Notes: generated by a model from the letters alone, not told the origin. A stretch of 63,518 nt of DNA, filler included, from Octopus bimaculoides (GCF_001194135.2; 8 parts of 7 records of this genome joined end to end with filler, not necessarily neighbours in it), one strand, 5' to 3'; positions 12,574-25,431 are shown, numbered from the whole stretch's first letter. Translations and numbers: made by a program.

Positions 12574-12901
12574 ACAGAATAGAATTCATCTTATCATGTA
12601 TGTTGTAGTCGTGATTCAGTATTATCCAAACAAAGTATTATCCAAACATGAGATGACATCTTAGCCAGGAGGTTTGTTATTTCGCTTCGTTCAGCTTTAC
12701 ATCTACTCTTTGTAAAGACTTGTTGGCTTTTAGCTTTGTTTTAGTTCAGATTTAAACATTTCTATTCAGCTGGGTTTTTTTTTTTTTTTAAATGCAAATG
12801 CATTTTGTCCGTGATATTTTTATAACATTCGTTTATGAACAATTGTATTTGTCAATTAATGCTTTCACAAGAGCTTGTAAAATTGTGTGTGTGTGTATGT
12901 A

Positions 12902-12953
<52 letters not shown>

Positions 12954-13768
12954 ATGCATGNNNNNNNNNNNNNNNNNNNNNNNNNNNNNNNNNNNNNNNN
13001 NNNNNNNNNNNNNNNNNNNNNNNNNNNNNNNNNNNNNNNNNNNNNNNNNNNNNNNNNNNNNNNNNNNNNNNNNNNNNNNNNNNNNNNNNNNNNNNNNNNN
13101 NNNNNNNNNNNNNNNNNNNNNNNNNNNNNNNNNNNNNNNNNNNNNNNNNNNNNNNNNNNNNNNNNNNNNNNNNNNNNNNNNNNNNNNNNNNNNNNNNNNN
13201 NNNNNNNNNNNNNNNNNNNNNNNNNNNNNNNNNNNNNNNNNNNNNNNNNNNNNNNNNNNNNNNNNNNNNNNNNNNNNNNNNNNNNNNNNNNNNNNNNNNN
13301 NNNNNNNNNNNNNNNNNNNNNNNNNNNNNNNNNNNNNNNNNNNNNNNNNNNNNNNNNNNNNNNNNNNNNNNNNNNNNNNNNNNNNNNNNNNNNNNNNNNN
13401 NNNNNNNNNNNNNNNNNNNNNNNNNNNNNNNNNNNNNNNNNNNNNNNNNNNNNNNNNNNNNNNNNNNNNNNNNNNNNNNNNNNNNNNNNNNNNNNNNNNN
13501 NNNNNNNNNNNNNNNNNNNNNNNNNNNNNNNNNNNNNNNGCTATTTAGATGTGCATTATTGCTTCTGTGGAAACATGGAAAATTATTTCTATTTCCCCCT
13601 CCCATCATTTTTGATGCCATAAAAATGCAGAATTTGTTTCATTCAACTGAAAATTGCATTTTGGAAATTGAGTAAAAAAAAAAATAAAATTACCTACAAA
13701 AAATTATTTGAAAATAACATTACCCACATTTCTTGTATTAGCATTCTTCCTACTTTGCTTAAGATTTT

Positions 13769-13825
<57 letters not shown>

Positions 13826-16012
13826 CATGCTTACACAACACACATGCATATTTGTATGTATATACTTATAATGTATACATATGTATATATATATATTTAT
13901 AAGGTGCATGAATATATATATATAGATAGATAAGTGTGTGTATGTGCATGTATATATATATATCTATATATATATATATATTTATTTATATATATACACA
14001 CGCACATGTATATCTATATCTATATACACACATGTATACATATGCGTGTGTATATATGTATCTCTGTCTCTCTCTCAATATATATGTGTGTGTATGCATA
14101 TATATATTTTTCTATACACATATATCTATGTATATATATATATATATGTGTAAATATATATATTATATATATATATATATNNNNNNNNNNNNNNNNNNNN
14201 NNNNNNNNNNNNNNNNNNNNNNNNNNNNNNNNNNNNNNNNNNNNNNNNNNNNNNNNNNNNNNNNNNNNNNNNNNNNNNNNNNNNNNNNNNNNNNNNNNNN
14301 NNNNNNNNNNNNNNNNNNNNNNNNNNNNNNNNNNNNNNNNNNNNNNNNNNNNNNNNNNNNNNNNNNNNNNNNNNNNNNNNNNNNNNNNNNNNNNNNNNNN
14401 NNNNNNNNNNNNNNNNNNNNNNNNNNNNNNNNNNNNNNNNNNNNNNNNNNNNNNNNNNNNNNNNNNNNNNNNNNNNNNNNNNNNNNNNNNNNNNNNNNNN
14501 NNNNNNNNNNNNNNNNNNNNNNNNNNNNNNNNNNNNNNNNNNNNNNNNNNNNNNNNNNNNNNNNNNNNNNNNNNNNNNNNNNNNNNNNNNNNNNNNNNNN
14601 NNNNNNNNNNNNNNNNNNNNNNNNNNNNNNNNNNNNNNNNNNNNNNNNNNNNNNNNNNNNNNNNNNNNNNNNNNNNNNNNNNNNNNNNNNNNNNNNNNNN
14701 NNNNNNNNNNNNNNNNNNNNNNNNNNNNNNNNNNNNNNNNNNNNNNNNNNNNNNNNNNNNNNNNNNNNNNNNNNNNNNNNNNNNNNNNNNNNNNNNNNNN
14801 NNNNNNNNNNNNNNNNNNNNNNNNNNNNNNNNNNNNNNNNNNNNNNNNNNNNNNNNNNNNNNNNNNNNNNNNNNNNNNNNNNNNNNNNNNNNNNNNNNNN
14901 NNNNNNNNNNNNNNNNNNNNNNNNNNNNNNNNNNNNNNNNNNNNNNNNNNNNNNNNNNNNNNNNNNNNNNNNNNNNNNNNNNNNNNNNNTATATATATAT
15001 ATATATATATGCATATATGCATGTGCGTATGTGTTTGTGTGTTTATATATAAATGTATGCATGAATGTATACAAAAGAAACAAGACGCTAAATTGAAATC
15101 TTACCCACCTCTGTGTGTAAACATGGATGCATAAGTGTGTGTGTGTGTGTGCATATGTATACACATGCATGTGTGTATTGATATATGTATATGCATTTAC
15201 ATATGTATAAGTATGAATATATACGTGTCTGTGTATGTATGTCTATACGTATATGTACATATGTATATGCACACATGTGCATATATATAAATATATACAT
15301 ATGTACATTTATACGTATATATATATATATATATATATATAAGTACATGTGTGTGTGTGTGTGTATACATACATATTGTGTGTGTGTGTGTGTGTGTGTG
15401 TGTCTGCATCCCTTCTCCCCTCTAGTCAGTTATTCATGTAGTTCTCTATTTTATTACTCAATATTCAACTTAAAGTGTTGTTTTTTTTTCTCCAACATGT
15501 TATTCACATGTACAGTTTGACAATGAAACACCTGAACATGGAGAAGCTGCTTAAAAATGCTGTAGGTAATATAACTGCTCTACCATTGCCATAATCCATC
15601 TCTGTTCACATATGGTCAGCACCATAGCACTAACCCTACCCCCTAGCATGCATTCTCTCTATATCTCTTTCTACCTCTCTCTACCTCTCTCTCTTTCTAC
15701 CTCCTTTTATCTCTCTCTCTTTCTACCTCTTTTTATCTCTCTCTCTCTCTCTCTTATCCAAGAATTCTATAAACACATCTTTAAACCAATCAGAAATTGT
15801 GTCTGGTTTCACTGACCACTGTCCACTCTTAGTCCTCTCTATCCAGAATCTTTTAGTGGCTATTAAAACTCCCTTTTAATGTTTCACTTGGTGTCCAGTC
15901 TCAACAAATATCTGCACATACAGCACTATCTCTCAGATTCCTTCCTTCCTTTCTTCCTGTCTTCCTTCTCTTATAGACTCATCAAGCCTTTGTCTTGTTT
16001 AATTACTATTAC

Positions 16013-16051
<39 letters not shown>

Positions 16052-16624
16052 ATAATCTTACACAACATAGGGTGGTGAAGAAAGGATTATTATGAATGCT
16101 GTTGTTGTAGTTTCTGCTACATAAAGAATACCTCTAGTTTAGTTCTCCCTGTTCCTTAATTTAACCATACCTTCAATCCCACCTGTAGATTTCATGAAAC
16201 AAGTACCTGTAATTTACTGGGGTTAACAGTATGCACTTGGCAAACATTCTCTACAAGGGATTTGCACCCTGATAAGTAAAGCCCTTGTGTTTCTGTATTT
16301 CCCTATGTGTGTCTGTCTGTGTGTATTTCACTGTATGCATGTTTGTGTGTGTGTGTGTATATACATGTATGTACATGCATGTGTGTGCATGTATCTGAGT
16401 GTGTGTGTGTACATGTGTGTCACTATTTCTGCTCCATTAAATCCAAGCCCTTAGACTTAACAAAAGATATAATATTCTTTGTATATACAATATCCTGATG
16501 GCTTTTCTGTGAGATATATTCCATAATTAATGGTAGAATATTATTCTTCTAACGTGAAATATCTTACGTCTTATTTTTAGAATATCATCAACTTTTTTTT
16601 CATATATCTTATATATTGGTTTCA

Positions 16625-16832
16625 TATTTTGGCACAAGGCCAGCAATTTTGGGGAAGTGGGGTAAGTCAATTACATCGACCCCAGTACTCAACTGGTACT
16701 TATTTTATCGACCCTCAAAATGATGAAAGGAAAAGTTGACTTCAGTGAAATTTGAACCCAGAAATGTAAAGACAAAACTCAGCCCATAAAATCTTTTGTC
16801 CTGCGTGCTAACGATTCTGCCAGCTTGCCACC
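16625..16832 (-). mobile_element. tRNA-derived SINE (family A)
   Basis: The reverse complement matches 34191-34424 and 19165-19372 (gctggcagaatcgttagcacg, B-box-like ttcaaatttc, ataagtaccag). Confidence 0.7.
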
Positions 16833-16837
16833 TTAGA

Positions 16838-16887
<50 letters not shown>

Positions 16888-17112
16888 TGATGATGATGAA
16901 ATTATTGTGTATAGTGCTCAAGTGCACTATAAATAGATCTTGTATATTAGAATGTGATAAGTTCACTGAGATATATCATATATACTTTTAAATAAGCCCT
17001 TTATTCCCAGTTGAGCATAGCCATTGAATGACTTTCTTCCATTGTTCTTAACCCTTAGCTGTCTCCCCCCCCCCCTCCGTCTTGTTGGTTTTGAATTGTT
17101 CTCGATGCTTCT

Positions 17113-17139
17113 CTAACTTTGCTTTTGTTTTAGGTAAGG
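17113..17139 (+). other. Candidate recursive splice site (ratchet point)
   Basis: CTAAC branch point (17113-17117), pyrimidine-rich tract, then TAG|GTAAGG at 17131-17139, in the sense of the host gene. Confidence 0.45.
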
Positions 17140-17589
17140 GTGTTGCACCAATGCAAACCCATTTTTACCTCTGGGAAGATGTGGTCCATATTAGCCTGGC
17201 CCTTGTCCTTTGATAGGGCATGAGAGGCCCCCTACTATATGTTTACAATTCTGTTGGGGGCAGCCCTGTAACTCACTAGATCCTGTCAATCCATCCAACC
17301 CATCCCAGCATGGAAAAGGGACATTAAATGATGGTGATGATGATCCTGGTGGCAGAGCTTCCAGGGTCATTGAGGTACACAAACCCTCACATCACCACCA
17401 CAAGGACTGGACCTTGTCAAAGATACATCATATGTAGTGGAATATTATTTTCTACTTATGATATATCTTATATATTAGAATGTCATTTGCTGCCTATGGT
17501 TTATCTTAAGCGGTATAATACTCACTGTGATGTACCTTATATCATATAGACTAGAATATCATATTTGGCTCTAGGAAGAACATTACACC

Positions 17590-17712
17590 ATGTAAAAGAA
17601 CCATGCCAAGGCAGAAACTGGAGTCTGGTACAGTCCTCTGGCTTGCCAGTTCCCGTCAAACTGTCTGACCCATGCCAGCATGGAAAAACGGACGTTAACT
17701 GATGAGGGTTGT
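17590..17712 (+). mobile_element. RTE-LINE 3' tail fragment
   Basis: acccatgccagcatggaaaaacggacgttaa is shared with 40375-40608. Confidence 0.6.
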
Positions 17713-18510
17713 AATGAAGAGGATGAGTTTACTGTTATATACCTTATATAGATATTAAATGTTATATATATCATTAGTTTCTTGTGATATAAGCATATAT
17801 CTTACATAATCAATAAACTATAATCAATGATTCCTTTCACATCTTTGATATTTCTTCAATCATTTTAATTCCAATCTAGTACGTTAGTTTGGTGCTTTTG
17901 TTGTGAATTGCAGGCATGGGCAGATTGGTGTGTGAGAGAGAGAGAGAGAGAGACACACAGAGACAGAGAAAGAGATAGAGAGAAAGAGCAAAAGAGCGTG
18001 TATGAGTATACATGTGTGTGTGTTTTGTGTGTATGAGTATTCGTGTGTGTGTGTGTGTGTGTGTGTGTAAGTATACAAGTGTTTGTACCAGAATCGATGT
18101 TTCATTGTCTGTAGAACAAGGTATTAATGACATGAGGTACAGACCTGTTTTAAACTTGATGCATTTCTAAAAGCCATGCCCTCTTTTAAGGGTCACCATG
18201 CACATGTTCTCAGCTCTAGGGCCTGTTTTAAGACCCCCAAACCCTCAGTTCTATTCTGTCAAATGCATCCTACATAGCAAACTGCCTCACCCACCTGCTG
18301 GGATTTGAAGACAACCACAATAGGTGTGTCTGGACTAACACTTAAAAGGGATCATATGATACAGAGAGTACCCAGAGTACCCTGTTCAGAAATGTAACCA
18401 AGGTAACCAAGACCAAACTTTTTCTTTTCTTTCTTTTGTCTTCATTAGTCATCTTTCATCTGTCCTCAGTCCCTGTAACTCATTTCTCCCAGACACTTGC
18501 TACCTTCCCA

Positions 18511-18720
18511 AGATTTAGCCAGATTTTACTAGATTTAGCTGGATTTAGCAAGTATTTGCCAGATTTTAGCCAGAGTTAGCTAATCATTTATTAGAGTTTT
18601 GAAGAATTTTAAAAATTTTAGCCAGAAGTAGCTAGGGTTTGTCAGAGGTTGATAGAGTTTGACAGATTTTGACAGTTTCCCAGAAATAACCAGAGTCAGC
18701 CAAAGTTTGCCAGAGTTTTT
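18511..18720. repeat. Decayed 10-11 bp minisatellite (agatttagcc-like)
   Basis: Repeated agatttagcc / agattttagcc / agagttagc units. Confidence 0.55.
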
Positions 18721-19164
18721 TAGGTAGAAGCTCTATATTATAGATACTTACTGGCACTTGTACTTGTGATGGTGTTTACCAAAGGTGGACTTATCTGGCT
18801 TTGGCCACTGAATTTACCATGTCCCTCACAAATGCTGATCACATCCACACAGGTCATCAGAAATTTCAGGTTGTTATCCAGCAGGCTGGAAGACCATCCC
18901 TTAGCTTTGGTTAAAGCATGTCTCTAGGACTCCCTTCAAACCCCTTCTACATCTGCTCCGATAATTGGCCATGACTTGGTCAACAAATCCTCTGCAAGGG
19001 TCAACAATCGATGACAAGATGAGCTGTTAAGGGGTCACACTGCTCCTAAGTATGTATGTGACTAGGGACCACTTGTGAATTTGTGATCCCACTGAAACTC
19101 CAAACATATTGTAAATACCTCTTGCATACACTCAGAACACATACACCCCACAACACATTCCACC

Positions 19165-19372
19165 CGGCAGTAATTCTCATTAGCACGTCAGGTGAAATGC
19201 TTAGTGGCACTTTGTCTTTACGTTCTGAGTTCAAATTCCGCCGAGGTCGACTTTGCCTGTCATCCTTTCGAGGTCGATTAAATAAGTACCAGTTGCATAC
19301 TGGGGTTGATCTAATCAACTGGCTCATTCTCCCAAAAATTTCAGGCCTTGTGCCTAGCATAGAAAAAAATAT
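19165..19372 (+). mobile_element. tRNA-derived SINE (family A, ggccttgtgccta tail)
   Basis: ctgagttcaaattccgccgaggtcgactttgcc core identical to other copies. Confidence 0.8.
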
Positions 19373-19888
19373 TTCATATTTTATTGAAGGTTTTTAAATT
19401 TTCTTAAATCTCCCCACTGATCACACCACCCAGTTATCCACCTGGGTACCCTTCCACTTGCCAATCCCTCCAGCTATTCATCCTCACAGCCATTTCTTCC
19501 CAACATTCATGGATCCAACCGTTCATCCATTCAACCATCCAACCACCCACCCAACCATCTTTCTCCTCCATCCATCCATCCATCCATTCAACCATCATTT
19601 CCACTCATCTTTACATCCATTCATTCTCCCTACTGAGCTATCCACCCCTCCATCCTACCTACCTACCTACCCCACCCATCTTTCACCCCCTCACTTTTTC
19701 TCTCTCCCTCTCTTCCATAAGCTGACTAATTAAAATACACTTAATGATATATATACATATATGTGTGTGTACTTAATTGCCATGTACACTTCTTACATGT
19801 GCATTGCTTTCATGTAGCATTGAATGTAGCAATTGTCCACATGTGAACAGATTATAGTTAAAGTGGCATGCTTCCATCAGCAATGTTT

Positions 19889-19944
<56 letters not shown>

Positions 19945-20108
19945 TTCTAAATCTATCCTCTTTTTATCTTTACCTATTTCTAGATTGTTCCGTGTGTATG
20001 TATATGTGTGTGTGTGTATCTATACAATTTTATATATATATATATATATATATACATATGCATATATATACACACACACACATATATAAATATATACACA
20101 TATGTATG

Positions 20109-20147
<39 letters not shown>

Positions 20148-20186
20148 TAATATATATATACATATATATATAGTGCGTATGTGTAT

Positions 20187-20286
20187 NNNNNNNNNNNNNN
20201 NNNNNNNNNNNNNNNNNNNNNNNNNNNNNNTTAATTAATTAANNNNNNNNNNNNNNNNNNNNNNNNNNNNNNNNNNNNNNNNNNNN
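20187..20286. other. Assembly gap spacer (N44-TTAATTAATTAA-N44); also at 28079, 31514, 40319, 53552, 57154 and 59913
   Basis: An identical 12-mer with stops in all six frames, always embedded in N runs. Confidence 0.95.
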
Positions 20287-20578
20287 TGTGGACACATTTC
20301 TCTCCTATGACATTGTTATATGGACTGTTAGATATGTAATTCGTCTGACGTTCCGTGTGTCATGTGGTTCGTCTGAGTTCATTGTTTCATTGTTGTTGTC
20401 TTGTGGGACTGTCGTAGTAAAATGTCATTGATATATATATGGCGGACATGACTTTTGTTTATTCATAACGAACATTGGGTGAGTGCGTTCTTTGTATGTA
20501 ATTGAACAATAAATGTAATAATTAAATTGTATAACTCGTTATGTTATCTCTGCGAGTCAGTCCGAGGGAAACATAACA
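20286..20578 (+). mobile_element. Possible solo LTR (left end at a gap)
   Basis: AATAAA followed by a CA-terminated end (...aacataaca) that abuts an RTE fragment. Only one copy is visible. Confidence 0.25.
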
Positions 20579-20895
20579 GACATCATGATTCTTTCTCACA
20601 AACTGTCTTGCAACACGAAATACCTCAAGTCTTTGGTCCTCACAGCGCAGAACATTGGCAAATCTTTTTTTATCTGCTTCCCCTCTGGTTAACTAAACCT
20701 GTCTCCTAGCTTCCCTTCTGGCGGTCTGATACAATTCCCTGATATCACTGTTCTTCCAGTCCTTCCAAGCCTGTTTCTTTTCCCTAATGGCCCTGTCAAC
20801 AACATTGTTCCACCACCATGTTACTTTGGGTTGAGAGGGGACTTTGCACCATCCACAGATCTGGTCAATGACCCTCAGCAGGTTGTCCCGTAGAG
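20579..20895 (-). mobile_element. RTE-clade LINE fragment (EN-RT linker)
   Basis: Translates to WCKVPSQPKVTWWWNNVVDRAIREKKQAWKDW...YQTARREARRQV and overlaps the homologous 27450-27645. Confidence 0.8.
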
Positions 20896-20925
20896 CAGAT
20901 ATATAAATATATACATATAAATATA

Positions 20926-22729
20926 TCTTCTACATATGTGGAAAATCAGTGTGTGTTTGTTTGTGGTGTTGTTAGCTAACTTCTCCTTCATTGTTTTATT
21001 GATTTTGATGAAACTTGACACATGAGTAGATCTCATGTCTGGAAACCTCGTGACATACTTAGATTGTTGAAAAAACTGATAATACAGTCCCTGGAAGGGA
21101 TCTTCATATCTACTGCATATAATTAATTTTTTTTAAACACTCAAGGGAAATAACCCATAGCACCTGCATTTACAGTTGTTAGTTTTTAGCAAAGCGATCA
21201 ATATTTGATTCTCACGATCAGCAGACCTAATTCTGCATTTCACTATTCACAGTTTTGAACTGTTAAACCTTATTGCATTTTCTTTATGCATGTACACTTT
21301 CATTGCCCATAACTCCGATAATTCTCCGTTTTTCCAGTTAAACGTTTCCAATGACACTGCATAAATTTTTGATTCCAGAATGTATTTAATAAGTGTGTCC
21401 CAATACATTGAACTCATACTTTGAATGCTTAAAAGTCTTAAAAAACAAAACCAAACTTCCACACTACATTCAGTTGGGACACCCTGTATCACATACTTAT
21501 TTTACAAATCATAATTTTTATTGCTCATACATTTTCATGAAACTAATTGAGCCATCGAATATTTTACAAGTTTCATTATGTTCAATTACTTTGAATTTTG
21601 ATTTTTTTGTGTGTCCAATTTCTAATTTTTGCAGACAATATCACTTTTATACTTTATTTGAAACATGAGTAGAACTCATGTCTGAAAACCTTGTGACATA
21701 CTTAGATTGTTGAAAAAAATCGATAATAGGGCCTTTCCAATAGATCCTTCTATCCACTACATATTACTAATATTTTATTTAAACAACCGAAGGGAAATAA
21801 CCCATACCACCTGCAGTTTTTAGCAAAGCGATCAATATTTGATTCTCACAATCAGCTGACCTAATTCTGCATTTCACTACTCAGTTTTGAACTGTTAAAC
21901 ATTATTATTGCACTTCCTTGATTTGAATCTTAAACCTTAAAGACTTCATTCATACATTTCTATACATACATACTTTTTTGAATGCTTATTACTCTGATAA
22001 TTGTGCATTTTTACAGTTACACTTTTTCCATGACAGTAGATAAATTTTTTATTCCACAACATATTTGCAGTGGCTTCATGCAGGCATAGCGTGGATTCGA
22101 TCCTTGATTGTCAAATTTCACTTAACACTTCAACAGCGCTTTTCTCACAGTAAAACAGTAGTTTATTCTGTGAATGACAGCAGTTGTACATTTCCCAGAT
22201 GCCTTCACCATGCAGAATAATGTCTTTGCCACCTGACCCTTCTAACCTCTTCTAGGCCACCAGGGGCTGGAATGGAGATAACAGACCCCCAACAATATCA
22301 TTTGTTCTCAACAATATGTCTATCCTTCTGACTGCTTTTCAATAGTTATAGAAATAAGAACTCCATAAGCTAAAGGCAATTACTGAGAGCAACCGTGGGT
22401 GAGTGTGAATATTATTATTGCACTTTCTTCATTTCATTCTTAAACATTAAACACTTCATTCATATGTTTATATACATGATTACTACATTTATATATTACC
22501 TTTAATAAATTAGCCTTCACAAAGTTCACCTTTAAAATGCCACAACGAGTCAGAGTACTTTCTCGTCAACCCCCGAAAACCTCTCTTGCCAACCTCCAAC
22601 AATCTCTCCCTCCACCAGCAGACAGTTTTTTGTACTTTTTCGTGATGGAAAATATACCTTTTGTGGCAGTTATAATGAAATTGTTTTCTTATATCTTTAC
22701 CCTCGGGAATTACCGGGTACACCAGCTAG
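20926..22729 (+). mobile_element. Non-autonomous Helitron-like element with internal tandem duplications
   Basis: A|TC 5' end. The 3' end has a GC-rich hairpin (taccc-tc-gg...ccgggta) just before CTAG|T. Segments ~21010-21280 and ~21660-21900 are duplicated, with a third partial copy near 22410. Confidence 0.55.
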
Positions 22730-22768
22730 TATATATATACTTTATTAAGAGCAGCAGAAATATCACAT

Positions 22769-22814
22769 AAAACTGTTACTCAGAGTTTCACGTTCCCGTT
22801 CATTGGACAGTTTT
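22769..22814 (-). ncRNA. Minimal type I hammerhead ribozyme, core mutated (CCAAUGA)
   Basis: RNA sense AAAACUGU-CCAAUGA-ACG/GGAA/CGU-GAAAC-UCUGA-GUA-ACAGUUUU. It has a perfect 8-bp stem I, a 3-bp stem II with GGAA loop and near-palindromic ACUC-U-GAGU stem III. AATAAA and (TA)n follow downstream. Confidence 0.7.
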
Positions 22815-23497
22815 GTTAGAATGGAACGAAAATGAGGATATAATCAAACATAAACTAGTTTAAAGGATAGACCTTTGAAAATAGCTTTGTTACATTGGTC
22901 CTTTCAACTAACAATTATAAGCATGCAATGAACAAAATAAATTCTTGTTGTAAAATCAAAGAAAACCTTAAATCGAAGCACAGATTCTAAATACATCTGG
23001 TAAATAATTATATACAAAATATAAATCAATTAATACATTAAAATTTAAAAAAAAATTTTCATGCTGTATTACATAAATATTTTTTCAGCAGCATATACAC
23101 ATACTAAGCCATCTATAATGCACATATATACACAAAAATATACAGATGCATGTACATAGTTATATAGATATATAGAATATATTGGTAAGACATAAATATA
23201 TACACAAATACACATATACATATATGTATGCATACATACATGCATACAAAATTTCTTGGTGTATACATATACAGGTCATCTATTACAGACGAAAGAAATG
23301 GGAAGTATACATTAAGCATAGGGAGGAGATAGAGAAAAGAAAAAGAAAAAGAAACAAATGGAGAGCTAGCGCGAGAAGAGAGAAAAGGAGGGGACTGTGT
23401 AAAGACGTTATCGAGTAGGAAGAGAAAAGATACTTCGAGTAAGAAAAGAAAAGAAAGATAGTTCACGAAATGTGTGTAACGAACGCACACATAAAAT

Positions 23498-23540
<43 letters not shown>

Positions 23541-24037
23541 CATAATTATATATTTGCATACAAATACACATATATGTTTCCGTATTTAAATATACAAAAA
23601 TATGTATGCAAATACATGCTCACACGAATATAAGTATATACATGTATACATATACATGCATGTACGTTTGTACATAAATATAAACACGCATATACTTACA
23701 CACATACACAGACACACACATACACATACATATGCATATGCTCAATTTATATGATATTAAAATTTGTATAAAGAAGGCATTTACAAAATGCGGCACCATA
23801 TATAGAATTATCTATAAAGTAAATGTAACAATTAAATAGGTTTGTAAAATGCAATAAGATAAAATATAATAATAACATAATAAAATAATAAAGATGAACT
23901 TTGGCAAAGTTTGTGTAAAACAGTCGAAGGTTTTCTCATAGAATGTGTCGAAATATATATTCGATATTGTTGCAATGCAAAATAACCATGCATTACAAAT
24001 ACAAATTCAAAAGTGGCATTTGAAACAAATTCAAAAG

Positions 24038-24640
24038 TCAACATATATTATCCATATGGTATTTTTTTGGTTGACATTTTGTTGCATGCCTGCAGGAATT
24101 TAAGAGTTCGCGTTTTTGATTCAAAGCGCTATTATCCTGGAATAAGATAAAGAATTTTTCCGAAAGGCATAAATTGCATTTCATGGGTCTTTTATGAGCT
24201 CCATGTCTGTAAGCTGATGCTTTATCTAAGATTTTCCATGTTATGTTGAAAGGACGGGTTTCTTTTTCTTTCAATTCCCAGACATATTTTGCCAAATTAG
24301 TTTTTGTCCTAATTTCGGAGTACCGGAAGGAATTTCTGTGGGAATAAAATTGAGTCTTGAAAGAATTTTCTGAAGCCCCTGTGTATGTTTTGTATTCTTG
24401 TGAGCCTTCTATTTGTACTTTGGCCCTATACACAATCCCTTTCTCCAGACATTTTCTTTCTAATGGATAGGAGGTCTCATCTTTGCAATTACAATTCTTC
24501 AGATTTGAACCGGCAATGTAGCTATCTGTATTTATTTTAGTGTTGTGTTAGCTAATGAAAGAGGTGAAATTTTTACAAGAATAGCTAATCTTCAGCGTTC
24601 TTCTATTAAATATTCTGTAAAACTTGGCTAAGTTGAAAAT
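24038..24640 (-). mobile_element. Penelope-like element (PLE) fragment: linker and GIY-YIG endonuclease
   Basis: IFNRRTLKISYSC...CNCK...CLEKGIVYRAKV...YTGASENSFK..FYSH..SF....T.LAKYVWELK...ITWKIL...CNLCLSEKFFIL...ELLNSCRH. Confidence 0.85.
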
Positions 24641-24642
24641 AC

Positions 24643-24940
24643 TTAACATTAGCTATTCTTCAGTATGGGCCCTGATATATATCGACTAGAGGAGGGTTTA
24701 GCTATGGGTTTGCCATTGTCACCGATAATAGCCTATATACATGGAATACTTTGAGAATTTGGGAATACTTTGGCTTTAGGATCAACACCATGAAAACCAA
24801 CCCTATGGTTGGTTTTCATGGTGTTAGATCATGTGAACTCAATAAAGCCATCCATACAGTTCACACTGGAAAAGGAAAAAGACAATCAGCTAGCATTCCT
24901 GGACATATTAATAACACGCACCAAGTATGGATTCAGGATA
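24643..24940 (+). mobile_element. Penelope-like reverse transcriptase fragment (catalytic YxDD segment missing)
   Basis: EEGLAMGLPLSPIIAYI(fs)MEYFE and LDHVNSIKPSIQFTLEKEKDNQLAFLDILITR are typical Penelope/Poseidon RT motifs. Confidence 0.85.
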
Positions 24941-25042
24941 CTTTTGTATCTTTTCAGAGAGGCCTTTCACATAAGGTAGACAGACTGTGGACAGTTTACT
25001 GCAGACTGTAAGGAAGGATAGGAAAATATTAGATTTATAATA

Positions 25043-25234
25043 CAGTTCTATATTTAAGAGATGAGGAATTATGTACATTATTTACATTTGACGGATATTT
25101 GTCCTCATCTTGTTTGTTGTTAACACAACATTTTGGCCGATATACTCTCCAACCTTCATCAGGTGTCATAGGGAAATTTCAAACCTGAGTTCTCATTCTG
25201 AAGGTATTTTTCGATGTTATGATTATTATTATTG

Positions 25235-25271
<37 letters not shown>

Positions 25272-25366
25272 TATTATTATTATTATTCAGGTCACTGCCT
25301 GGAATTGAACTCGGAATCTTGGGGTTAGTAGCCCGTGCTCTTCACCACTATGCCATATGCCTGTGG
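25043..25366 (-). mobile_element. tRNA-headed SINE with (AAT)n spacer and hammerhead-bearing tail, copy 1
   Basis: A-box TGGCATAGTGG and B-box GAGTTCAATTCC in the head. A hammerhead-like motif lies at 25122-25167. Confidence 0.75.
25122..25167 (-). ncRNA. Type I hammerhead in SINE tail, G12A (predicted inactive)
   Basis: GACAC-CUGAUGA-A-GGUUG/GAGAGUAUAU/CGGCC-AAAAU-GUU-GUGUU. Stems I and II pair fully, allowing G-U. Confidence 0.7.
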
Positions 25367-25431
25367 GCATATGGCGTCAAACGTGAATAATGTATTAGAT
25401 TCATAAGCCCTAAAATTCACTCCATAATTGG

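Noticed and set aside
12792-15170. Long ORFs (237-386 aa) in the track, also at 49618, 54066 and 55600
   Set aside because: They are open only because of N gaps and (TA)n/(CA)n microsatellites.
20231-20242. Recurrent palindromic TTAATTAATTAA (7 copies)
   Set aside because: Always centred in 44+44 N runs. It is an artificial scaffold spacer, not a biological repeat.
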